Origin: the human T2T-CHM13v2.0 reference genome, Homo sapiens
DNA: 64,000 nucleotides
Strand: one strand, 5' to 3'
NCBI RefSeq assembly: GCF_009914755.1
Contig: NC_060928.1
The position numbers and the translations under genes were made by a program. The notes beneath the pieces were generated by a model that was not told the origin of the DNA, did not search any database, and was given only the letters and a program-made list of their open reading frames with translations. How positions within the stretch are numbered: the first letter of the stretch is position 1; the number at the start of each line of letters is the position of its first letter. Shown here piece after piece: positions 52,646-64,000 of this stretch.

Positions 52646-54685
52646 CTCCATGATGCCTTAGAATCAAGGAATTATTGTATGGCTTGTCCTTGTAGAGATA
52701 GTTCTCAGTCAAAAATTTGTTCATAGTAAACATAATCTAAAAAGCAGAAGACTGCAGATAATATAGGCAAGCATGAGCTTCACAAATATGAACGGTATTG
52801 GACTAAAGGAAATCAATGGGGCTACTCAGTTGCTATCCTGCATGATTTTTTTTTAGACTAAGTTGGTGGGGATTTACTAATGTGCATGATGAAGCATAGA
52901 AATAATTTTTCTAGCAAGAGTTACAGCACAAGAAAAGACATGTATGGTTTATATATTGGAATTTTTCTGAAGGCAATGGACCTTCCCAATGTCAATCATT
53001 CAGAGAAGAGAACAATCTTAGGTCAGCAATGGAGAACTTAAAAGGAAAGCCACAGGTTAGAGAGAAAGGAGGCCCCCCGTTTTTTCCTCTAAGTCTTAGG
53101 AATTCCAAGGCACCAAGGAACAAACATGTTTAGAGCTCTCCTCATGGCCCCTGCTGCAGTTAGACTGGAAGCTGGCTGGGAGACATCCAATAAAGAAAAT
53201 TAGGGACGATCTTGGCCTCCAGGCTCTGACCATAGCTAAATCCAATATAGACCTGTTACATGTAATAGCATTTTAAAATGATACTTAGTCTCTGTTACTC
53301 TAAACCTGAGTAAATGGTTTTATATAGTATAGTCTTATTTAATTCATTGTGGGCATTAAGAAAAATCATGAACCATGCCTGCAACAGAAGGATAAAAATG
53401 CCATAAGGACCCATTACAGCCCCATTCATCAGGCCAGAGTGTTGGTTGTGTGAGCCACACAACTGATCTCTGCAGGGAAGTTTGTACCTGGGGGATCAGT
53501 AGTTACATAGAAGTAGCAGGGCAAGGAGTGGAAGATTTATGCAAGAGGCCAGAGAAGTAGCAAATGGGGGACTGTTCTCTGAGCACACGCAGAGCAACAC
53601 CCTGAGAAATTCTGTAAGACGAGGGATGTACAACTTATGGAGGGAAAATTGCAGCATAAATAAGAAGAGGCTTAAAATTATCATAATTATTTCTAGAAAT
53701 TTAACTGTTATGGGGTCACAGGTTATTGAGGCCAGGGCTGTTTGAGTTTTTAAATTAAAAGAAAGCCTATAGAATGTGCGAGTTAACAATGAGGAGAAAA
53801 AAATAATTCAAACTGCATCAGGAAAGACTTATTTTAGATATTTTGAGAAAATTACTGAAAATAATTCATTATTTAACAAAAATTTAAAATATCCTTTGCA
53901 AAAGATATTCAAGGCACTATATAAGTAGGGCCACATTTGTATTCAAGGGAATTGACTGGTTATTTTTGGAAGTCTTATAGCTTTCTAATTCAAACATGTG
54001 AGCACAGACTTCCATATATTATTCATGCATATAAATTCTACTCATATACATGTAAAAGTTCTTAAAATTATTTGTTTTATAATGATATATAATTATAAAA
54101 ATACATCAATTTCCACATTGATAAAAAAAATCATAGGTTTTTAGTGAAGACAAAATAAAAGCCTGTTATTGATACATCACCTACTTTTAAAATTTCATAT
54201 AGACCAACTGAAAGATTAACTTGGCACATAGATACATATCAGCTTTCATAAGTAGAACATGAAGACAAGAGGTATTTCTATATTTTAGTTTAGTGACACA
54301 AGAAATAAACAAGTATGTAGTACTGTTATACTCTATTTTAAGAATGAAAACTTTTATTAAAATAAAATATAAAATCACTACATTACATTTTACTTGTTTC
54401 ATGTGAAAATTTGAAATATTAGAAAGTTTGTTCTAAGAAATATATGTTATCCTAAATATACATACACGCATATATATACACATACACACATGTGCACACA
54501 TACATATTTTTACACATAGGCTATTCAAAATCAAGTAATTTTTGATTTTTTTAAGAGGAATTAAAAACTACTTTTGATGTAATATTGGGTCTATAAGAAT
54601 GCAACTAGAATGTACTGTGTTAGATAACTTGCTAGCTAAACATTTTTCTATGTGTGCCCAGCTACACTGAAAATCAAGAGCCTAT

Positions 54686-55048
54686 TGATATGGTTTGACT
54701 ATGTCCCCACCCAAAACTCATCTTGAATTGTAGTGCCCATAATCCCCACTTACCAGGGGAAGGACCCAGTGGGAGGTAACTGAATCATGGGGGCAGATTT
54801 TTCCCATGCTGTTCTCATGATAGTGGGTAAGTCTCATGAGATCTGATGGTTTTATAAAGGGCAGTTCCCCTGCACACACTCTTTTGCCTGCTGCCATGTA
54901 AGATGTGCCTTTGCTCCTCCTTCACCTTCCACCATGATTGTTAGGCCTCCCAGCCATGTGGAACTGTAAGTCCATTAAACCTCTTTCCTTTATAAATTGC
55001 GCAGTTTCAGATATGTCTTTATTAGCAGTGTGAGAACAAACTAATACA
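54686..55048 (+). mobile_element. THE1 (B/C) solo LTR
   Basis: tgatatggtttg...ctaataca, 363 bp, perfect TSD cctat. Confidence 0.95.
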
Positions 55049-55092
55049 CCTATAAATTCGAATTTTACACATTAGAAAAATTTTAATATGCA

Positions 55093-55473
55093 TGTATTAT
55101 TCCATTTTCCTATTGCTATAAACAACTACCTGAGACGGGATAATTTATAAAGAAAAGAGATTTGACTCACAGTTGTTTAGGCTGTACAGGAAGCATGGCT
55201 GGGAAGGCCTCAGGAAACTTAACACTAATGGCGGAAAGTGAAGGGGAAGCAGGTGCATCTTACATGGCTGGAGAAGAAGGAAGAGATCAAAGGAGGAAGT
55301 GCTACACACTTTTAAACACCCAGATCTCATGAGAACTCACTCACTATCACAAGAACAGCAAGAGGGAAATCTGCTCCCATGATCCAATCACCTCCCACTA
55401 TGTCCCCCCTCCAACACTGAGGATTACAATTTGACATGAGATTTGGGCAGAGACACAAATCCAAACCATCTCA
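55093..55473 (-). mobile_element. MSTA solo LTR
   Basis: tgtattattccatt...aggctgtacaggaagcatggc...atccaaaccatctca. Confidence 0.92.
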
Positions 55474-56157
55474 GCACATTAGAAAAAATATCAAAATAAA
55501 TTAGACACATATTTGCATGTACAAATAAAGCATTTATGGTTTTCTAAGAACTAAATTTAAAGAAAGTAGGAAGATACAAAAATTAGGGATTTTTCTGCAA
55601 GTAGTGTCATTTTATGTAAAATAAAAACAATTGAAAAAAATGTGTGGGAAATCTATTATTAAAAATATAAAGTATGTAGAGTTTCTGAACATCTCATGAA
55701 GATGTAAGAATCTGAGTTTCTTGAGTTCATATATAAAAGAACTCAAGTGTTTGCTCACGAAAGGAGAACAAGGCATGTTAACAAATATTAGAATCTTCAT
55801 ATTAACAGAAATGGAGTTGAAAATTTGGACTGGTCACACATGGAACAAGTACACTTCCTCCATTATTGCTAACAAGTGAGGTATTTTACCAGTTGACACA
55901 TAGTTTATTTAGCATAAGATATTTGGAAAAAATAATACTACATGGTTATGTAGTTTTAGAGAAGTGCTAAACAGTTTACCACATTTCACTTGTTAAATCC
56001 AGAGGTAATGAATATTTATATTTTTCAAAGTAAATTGTGAAAACAATTTCAAATTATGTAATTTTCATGCAATTTTAATAGATTAGTGGGTAGTGCATAT
56101 AAACTTGTTTTTTCATAAACAGTAAGTTATTAATATATTCTAAGATGAATATATTTT

Positions 56158-56545
56158 TATAAGCCTAATTTTAATAAGATTTTGATGATTTTGGTATGTA
56201 TACAAAATTTGATTTGAAATCTGTGAATACATGATTTTTAGGAACCATACCAAAATTAATCAAGTTAACATCATATCATATAATATTTTGGAAAAATATC
56301 GAAACTTCTATACAACTCTAAGATGCTAGTTTTATATAACCGTATATAAATTAGTTTTATATAAGCCTAATTTTAATAAAATTTTGATGATTTTGGTAGG
56401 TATACAAAATTCGATTTGAAATCTGTGAATACATGATTTTGAGGAATCATACCAAAATTAATCAAGTTAACATCACATCATATAATATTTTGGAAAAATA
56501 CCAAAACTTCTATACAACTCTAAGATGTTAGTTAGATAACCGTAT
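56158..56545. repeat. tandem duplication, period 202 bp
   Basis: tataagcctaattttaataa...taaccgtat at 56158 and 56360, about 9 substitutions and one small indel. Confidence 0.95.
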
Positions 56546-56759
56546 GAGTCTAAAGAGTTGGTAAAAATCCCTTAAATGGGTCTAGTGACTTTCTGCATGA
56601 ACACATTCCTATTAACTATCCTTGTTCTTGAAATTTTCATCACTTTCACATATTTTTAATAAAAGCCATAAGCTCCATGTCTTATTAATAGGCTATAATC
56701 AATAAATATCTGTTATATGAGTCAACTTAGATCATGTATTATAAAACATTTAATATAGT

Positions 56760-56910
56760 GGGCATCTTAGAAATCAATTGATCTAAACTCAGTATTTTAC
56801 ATGATGAGAAAATGGGGCCAAGAGAGGTCATTGTGTTACTATTGCCTCAAATCACTTAGCTAGTTAATGACAGAGCTACAACTAGAACCCAGTGGACATT
56901 CAGTGGTTAT
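56760..56910 (-). mobile_element. MIR fragment
   Basis: attttacatgatgagaaaatggggccaagagagg...gctagttaatgacagagc-actagaacccag. Confidence 0.65.
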
Positions 56911-57670
56911 TCCACCCCACCACACATGCACATACTCCCCCCCAAAACTAATGCTATTTCAGGGTTTATTAGTTATACTGTATTTTTAAAAATCATTTCA
57001 CTTGCATATATTTTGTTTTCACAAAATTACAACCCTCTGTTAACTTGTTCCTCATAGGGCAACACAAGGCTCATTAAAAAGTCTATTCAGAATTGGATGA
57101 CTTTGACCCCTCCATGCTACTACTGTAACCTCTCATCTGATCACTGTGGGGCCTCCTAACTTACCTCACTGCCTCTGCCCTGGCATCCCTATGGTCCATG
57201 CTCTACACAGGAACCACAGTGATCCTCTTAAAAAGGAAGTTGGATTATTTCACCCTTCTGCTCAGTATCTTGTAATAGCTTCCAGGTCACAAGAAGCAAA
57301 GAGTCTAATTATCATGATAGTCCATCCATGATGCTGCCTCCATCCCTCAAAATGCACATCTCTGATCTCATCACCTAGTGCTGTTCCCTCTCTCACTCCA
57401 CTCCAACACTGTAGGTCTCCTTATTATACCCAGATATGCTAGTATGCCTCTTCCTGCAGGTCTTTGTACTACCTGTTCCCTCTACCCAGTCTGCTCTTAG
57501 TCCAAGAGTTGACAGAAATCTATCACCTTTTTCAAGTAAGCTCCAATGGCACCTTTTAAATAAGACCTTATCTGGCCATCCAAGTTAATACTGTCCTTCC
57601 ATCATAATCCATCTTATGGGCTATATTTGTATTTTGGTCTATAGAATGTATTGCTTTTGAACATTATAAA

Positions 57671-57676
<6 letters not shown>

Positions 57677-57717
<41 letters not shown>

Positions 57718-57775
57718 GATATATACATATATAGTGAGATATATACATATATAGTGAGATATATATATATATATT
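57677..57775. repeat. (AT)18 plus three 20-bp units (atagtgagatatatacatat)
   Basis: gtgagat at 57714, 57734, 57754. Confidence 0.95.
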
Positions 57776-57777
57776 TC

Positions 57778-58031
57778 TCCCTGCTGGAGTACAGTGGTGC
57801 AATCACAGCTCACTGAAGCCTTGACCTCCCAGGCTCAATCCAACCTTCTACCTCAGTCTCCCAAGTAGCTGGGACTATAGGTGTGCACCACCATGCTGGT
57901 CTAATTTTTGAATTTTTTGTAGAGATGGGGTTTCAGCAGGTCTCCCAGGCTGATCTCAAACTCCTGGGCTCAAGCAATCCTCCTGCCTTGGCCTCCCAAA
58001 TTGCTGGGATTACAGGCCACCACACCCAGCC
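57778..58031 (-). mobile_element. AluJ, 3' end replaced by TA-rich repeat
   Basis: AluJ diagnostics cacagctcactgaagccttgacctcccaggctcaa, ctcctgggctcaagcaatcctcctgcc. Confidence 0.92.
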
Positions 58032-59534
58032 TTGTTATATTTTTTTAGTTGCCTATCTCTTCCTATTGGAATTTAAGTAAGCCCCACGATAGTAGGGAGC
58101 ATTATCTTTGGCTCACTTACATATTCCAAGTGCCTAGAACTATGAATGGCATATGAGAGAGGAATTGAAATAATTGACCACACTTTCTAATGAAAAAATA
58201 TTTATTTACTGTATATTGTGTTTTTATAATATTTTTAAATAATTGGTTTATATTGATAACTATGATAAAGCTATAGTCATAAATTTAGATTGTGCTAACT
58301 AGCTACAAATGAGAAAACATGTAAACTATGTAGATTTTATATTTTACATAATTCAGATTTTGACATTTTCAATGTATATCTTTTCCTGGATGTAATTCAG
58401 TCATCTTTGAAAGCTACATTAATACTTTCAAATGATGAAGGTATTGTTTAAAACACTGAGCAGAAAAAAAGAATTTACAAAAGTCAACAAAAGTCTACCT
58501 TAGTTTATCATGTTTGCATGTTTGTACCTTAAAGTCAGATAGAAACTGTCTTACTGTTTTAATAATCATTAATTCTTATTTTGCTTTTATATAAAAACCT
58601 CCTTCATAAGATTCATTTGTCACTTAAATTGAAATATATACAGATTTGACCAAATACAAACAAAATCATATGTATGGCAATAATAACTTCATTTTAGATC
58701 AGCTGAATTTTCTTTGGTCCAGTAATAAATGCATTTCTTTCTTTAATTTTTTTCACTATGATGCTTCTTGTTATTAAGTTCTTCTCACAAAAAAAGTAGT
58801 ACATTGGGACATTTTTGAATAAAAATCATTGCTTAGGTAAGTCTACAAGTAACTTTGTGTCTCCCCATCAAGAGTTAATTGTAAGACAAAAATTGTCAAA
58901 CATTTTCCATTTTATAAAAATAAAATTTGCTAATTGAAGCAGAGAATCTTTTGAGTTTTGTTATCCCCAGTAGAGAAGCTGAAAACGCACAAGTTAATAT
59001 ACTGTGACTATGGAGCTTAACTACTATTAACAAAGGGGAAAATGAATATGATTCTAGGCCACCATTCATTTTCAGTAACTATATTTCTAGCCATTATTTT
59101 CCCAAATGAAAAGGTACATTAGGATCTTATCTGCTTTGCATAGTGTACAGAATGCTAATACTTTCTAATTATAGACTGTTTCCTGAAAATTAGGTAGATA
59201 CCACAAATAAATGTCTAACACATCTGCACCTGCAGCATAGCACGATTAATTCAATATTGCTGAGAAGGCAAGTGGTCAGTGGAAGATATCACTCAACATG
59301 GAGATTTTATCTTAGTTTTGATTTCCTTTTCAATATAGTCCTCTGATTAAACCATTTGAATTTCTTTTCTCTCAAATTTCTTTAGATTCAAGTTTAAAGA
59401 CCATTTGTAAATTGAATGTATTAGAATCTTAGGCTCTCTCTCCTGGAATGTAAAAATCTCAGTGGATATTCACAAGGAGCAAGAGTAAGGAAGTAAAATC
59501 AGATTAGATACAGCTGTGGATAGGCAAATTATTA

Positions 59535-59750
59535 TGGTAGAGAAGCAATGTGCAGAGTGGAAAAAGCAGTTGGGGCCAGCTCATTTCAAATTGTGCTTCA
59601 GTTGCTTCAAGTTAAGCCACAATCGTCTCATTTCTTGTAATGTGATAATAACAACCTAAACCATAGGATTTTTTTCTAATAATGATATACCTTAAAGCTT
59701 ACAGTATCTTCTTTGCAGTTGGTAAATTCTCAATGAATAGGTAGCAATTA
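59535..59750 (+). mobile_element. MIR SINE
   Basis: gagaagcaatgtgcagagtggaaaaagca...ggtaaattctcaatgaataggtagc. Confidence 0.55.
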
Positions 59751-60659
59751 TGTAAATTATTCTAAATTTACTTACATTTTTTTCTTTTAAATGACTATAT
59801 CATTCTAAAATTAATAATCCAGTAAGACAAGCACATTAAAATTATACAAAGTGAATTTATAATGGTATCGATGAAGGTTTTCCTTGGTTAAATAAAAGAA
59901 AAAAACAAAACATTGAGGCTTCTGTCAAAATTTTTACTAAAATATTTTCAAGTAAGGTTTTGCAAGATATTGCAAACATCACATGGCTACAGTGGAAAAA
60001 TCATTCTGAAATCCTAGCCTCAAAGTGAAGTTGGACTGGTGCTGCCAAAAGAAAAAGCAGGCAGATTGTCTCACAAGAGGCTTCACAAAGAGACATTCAT
60101 TATCCCAGTGATTTCCCCATGGTGCAAAGAGTGACCAGTGAACTTGTATGCTCAGATATAAGCTTGTTATGGTGAAAGTGTTTAAGAGTCACAATTACTG
60201 AGGTGTAATTACAGTAGGTGGTAGTTGTCTTTTTTTTCTTGAAAAGTTGTTTTTACACTGTTGCAGAACAAGTAGAACTGACTCTAATGTTATAGAATTT
60301 ATGTAGCCAACTTACTGTACCTTTGAAAGTTTCAATGCACTTCTAAAAGAACATGGCAAAATTAGACACATCCCTCTACTTGACCCCCAAAAGCTCTGTG
60401 TGCAGCAGAAACATGATTTGATTTTATGTATAGCTGAGGGACATAATCATATTTATCAGCTCACATATAAAATTAGAATAACAATTTGCTATTTTACAAT
60501 GAATAATATCTACAATGAAACCAAAATACTCAAATTTCTTGCATGTAGACCTCCATGCAAGCTAAATACATATTAGAAGGGTTCTTGGTAAGCAGAAATC
60601 AGACCATGAGCAGTTATAGTGTGGAAATATACCATAATAATCCAATAGTCAACAATATG

Positions 60660-60960
60660 CTTTTTGATTACCTATCTCTCTTCACCAATAGCTCCATGGT
60701 TCTGCTCTCTTCCTGACAAACTCTGAAAAGTTGTCTATATTGCTGTCTCTGCAGTCTCCCCAGCCTTCCATTCTCTCTTGAACCCACTCCAATTAGGACT
60801 CCATGTTGTTAAATCCCATGGCCAATTCTTAGTCCACCCTCGCTTGATCTTTCAGCAACTTGGCATCCTCCTCCTTAAAACATTCCTTCTCTGGTTTTTG
60901 AGTCATTACGCCCCTGGGCAAGATCTTCCCTCAGCATTCCAACTACTATACATTGGTTCT
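60660..60960 (+). mobile_element. L2 internal fragment
   Basis: cattctctcttgaacccactccaattagg...aaatcccatggccaattcttagtc...ctccttaaaacattcc. Confidence 0.65.
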
Positions 60961-60966
60961 CAATAA

Positions 60967-61830
60967 TTTTTTAAACTTTTATTTTGAAGTAATTTCATAA
61001 TTATAGAAAATGTGCATGAATAGTACAAAAAACTTCTATATACCCTTTATCCAGATTCACCAACTGCTTACATTTTGTTACACTTTATCACTTTCTCTCT
61101 TTCTGTCATTCATGGATTTTCCAGAACCACTGAGAGTAGATTAGGGACCTCAGGCCCTTTTACTTCTTTACTTCTCTGTGGATTTCCCCAGACCAAGAAA
61201 AATTCGTCAGCATAATCATAATATTGTATCAATGATGTCATCAAAATCAGAAAATATAACATGATACAATACCATTATCTATTTTACATTATTAAGAAAA
61301 TTTCACCATTTTTCCAATAATATTCTTTGTAGTAATTTTGTTTTTCTGGTCAGGGATCCAATCCAGGATCATGACTACATTTACCTGTCATGCTTCTTTT
61401 AATCTAGAATTGTTCCTCAAACTGTATTTGTCATTCATGACATTGACTTTTTAAAGAATACAGGACCTTTTTTTGGTAGGATGAGGCTTTCTTCATGATG
61501 AGATTTGGGCTTTGCATGTCTGGTAGGAGTACATAAGTGATGTTATGTTCTCATCAGTGAATCTTCATCAGGTGGCACAAAGCATTGGCTTGTCCCATTA
61601 TTGGTATACATCATCTCTGATCATTTTGTTAAAGTAATGTCCTCCAAGTTTTCTCCCTGTAAAGTTATCACTTTTTCCTTTGCAATTAATAAATAATTGA
61701 TGAGAAGATACTTTGAGACGACATATATACCCTACTTCTCATTAAACTCCCAACTTCTAGTCTTAGCATCCATTGATGATTCTTGCCTTAATCAATTATT
61801 ACCATCATGGTTGCAAAATGGTGACTTTCT
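60967..61830 (-). mobile_element. L1MC4/5-like 3' end
   Basis: aaacttttattttgaagtaatttc...atccagattcacc...caggatccaatccaggatca...gcatccattgatgattcttgcct. Confidence 0.85.
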
Positions 61831-62580
61831 AGTTAAGGATATAAAGATGTATTTGGGTAAGAAAGGTTATAAAGAAAAGATATTTTTATGAGAAAAAAAT
61901 CTTGTATGGTTAATTTTTGTCCTAAACTAAAATGAACTGGTTATTTTAAAAAGAGAAAACGTAGGACAAAACAGAAAGTCCATGCATGTCATAGATGGTC
62001 TGTGTAAGTCATAGGCAGGGTTTTTTTTTTTCTGATTCTCTGTGTGTCTATCCTTACGTACATATGGAGAAAAATAGAAAGTTGAAAAATTTTAGATTAT
62101 CAAATATTCTTTAAAACCTGACAGAAAATTGGAGAAACTTGGCTAATTAACATTGCTTATAGTTAAAGCTCTTCATCTTAATGAAGGTAAAATATGAAAA
62201 GTTGTAAAGAAATACATTGGCAGTTTAGCAATTATTTTTTAATATAGCTAATCATGATGCCAGTTTTAGCATGGAGCCAAATTTCACATAAATGCTTGCA
62301 CTGCTTTCTTTCACACTGTATTTATTATTGTGCATAAATAGTACTAGCACTCAAATACTTACTGGTCACACACCTGAAGTAAATTTCTTAATTGTACAAA
62401 ATGCATAGTGATGTTGGTGGACTTAAAAACCTGAATTCATGTATCAGGAACAAAATATTCATCATATGTATTTGTAGGGTCTGGTTAATGCTGTAGCCTC
62501 CAAGGTAAACTGAGTAGGAGAAAAATTGGAGGTTGGTTTCCCATATATTTGTTTTTGCTTTTAATTTCCTTTTTTTCAGG
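61831..62580. mobile_element. ERV1 (MER4-group) internal fragment
   Basis: aggacaaaacagaaagtccatgcatgtcatagatggtctgtgtaagtcata resembles non-coding MER4-group internal sequence. Confidence 0.5.
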
Positions 62581-62599
62581 TGAAATAATATTGTGGTTA

Positions 62600-64000
62600 T
62601 TTATTATTATTATTATTCATTTCTTAAAAAAAACAGGATACATGTGCAAAACATGCAGGTTTGTTCCATAGGTATATGTGTGCCATGGTGGTTTACTGTA
62701 CGTATTGAGTCATCCTCTAAGTTCCCTCCTCTCTCCCCCAACCCCTCAACAGGCCCTGGTGTGTGTTGTTCCCCTCTCTGTGTCCATGTGTTCTCAATGT
62801 TCAACTCCTATTTATGAGTAAGAACATGCAGTGTTTGGTTTTCTGTTCTTGTATTAGTTTGCTGAGGATGATGGCTACCAGCTTCATCCATGTCCCTGCA
62901 AAGACATGATCTCATTCCTTTTTATATGGCTGCATAGTATTCCATGGTGTACATGTACCATATTTTCTTTATCCAGTATATCATCGATGGACATTTTGGT
63001 TGGTTCCATGTTTTGTCATTGTAAATAGTGCTGCAATAAACATATGTGTGCACGTGTCTTTATAGTAGAATGATTTATAATCCTTTGGGTATATACCCAG
63101 CAATAAGATTGCTGGGTCAAATGGTATTTCTGGTTCTAGATCCTTGAGGAACTGCCATACTGTCTTCCACAATGGCTGAAATAATTTACATTCCCACTAA
63201 CAGTGTAAAAGCATTCCTATTTCTCCACAGCCTCTCCAGCATCTATTGTTTCCTGATTTTTTAATAATCACCATTCTAACTGGCTTGAGATGGTATCTCA
63301 TTGTGGTTTTGATTTGCATTTCTCTGTTGATCAGTGATAATGAACTTTTTTTCATATGTTTTTTGGCCACATAAATATCTTCTTTTGAGAAGTGTCTGTT
63401 CATATCCTTTGCCCAGTTTTTGATGGGGTTTTTTCCTTGTAAATATGTTTAAGTTCCTTGTTAATTCTGGATATTAGACCTTTGTCAGATAGATAGATTG
63501 CAAACATTTTCTCCCGTTGTGTAGGTTGCCTGTTCACTCTGACATTTTCTCTTGCTGTGCAGAAGCTCTTTAGTTTAAGTAGATGCAATTTGACAATTTT
63601 GGCTTTTATTGCAATTGCTTTTGGTGTTTTAGTCATGAAGTCTTTGCCCACGCCTATGTCCTGAATGCTATTGCGTAGGTTTTCATCTAGGGTTTTTATG
63701 ATTTTGGGTTTTACATTTAAGTCTTTAATCCATCTCGAGTTAATTTTTGTACAAAGTGTAAGGAAGTGGTCCAGTTTCAGTTTTCTGCATATGGCTAGCC
63801 AGTTTTCCCAGCACAATTTACTGAATAGAAGAACCTTTACCCATTGCTCGTTCTTGTCAGGTTTGTTGAAGATCAAATTGTTGTAGATCTGTGGTGTTAT
63901 TTCTGAGGTCTCTGTTCTGCTCCATTGGTCTATATGTCTGTTTTGGTACTAGTACCACACTGTTTTGGTTACATAGCCTTGTAGTATAGTTTGAAGTCAG
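62600..64000 (-). mobile_element. L1PA (PA8-like) 3' UTR and ORF2 C-terminus, continues beyond window
   Basis: ORFs 63400-63876, 63197-63403 and 62981-63172 translate to L1 ORF2p C-terminal segments ([34 protein letters not shown]), broken by stops/frameshifts. Confidence 0.95.

Larger units (their letters stand above)
57100..58160 (+). mobile_element. L2a 3' region interrupted by AluJ
   Basis: gcctcctaact...cacagtgatcctctt...ccttctgctca; resumes after Alu with ccaagtgcctagaac...tggcata. Confidence 0.75.

Noticed and set aside
62981-63876. 158-aa and neighbouring ORFs with clear protein similarity
   Set aside because: Broken L1 ORF2p remnants, not a host gene

Overview
Mammalian, almost certainly catarrhine primate (likely human) genomic DNA: AT-rich, CpG-poor, no CpG island, and dominated by interspersed repeats (Alu J/S/Y, L1PA/L1M, L2, MIR, MaLR/ERVL/ERV1 LTR elements, HSMAR2, Tigger and hAT MITEs). 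No recognisable cellular protein-coding gene, RNA gene or processed pseudogene was found; most listed ORFs are chance or repeat-derived. The largest structures are a near-full-length old L1M (25.3-31.6 kb) and a two-LTR ERVL (LTR16/ERV3-16A3-type) provirus (45.8-52.6 kb) with nested insertions. The more unusual observations are a strong CTCF motif with its upstream module, several locally templated duplications (two of them 62-72 bp copies spaced 907 and 915 bp apart), a few minus-strand exon-like segments in non-repeat DNA, and a convergent THE1/MSTA LTR pair. Repeat family names come from recalled consensus sequences, not a database run; boundaries of old elements are approximate. I see no solid evidence for a new biological system.
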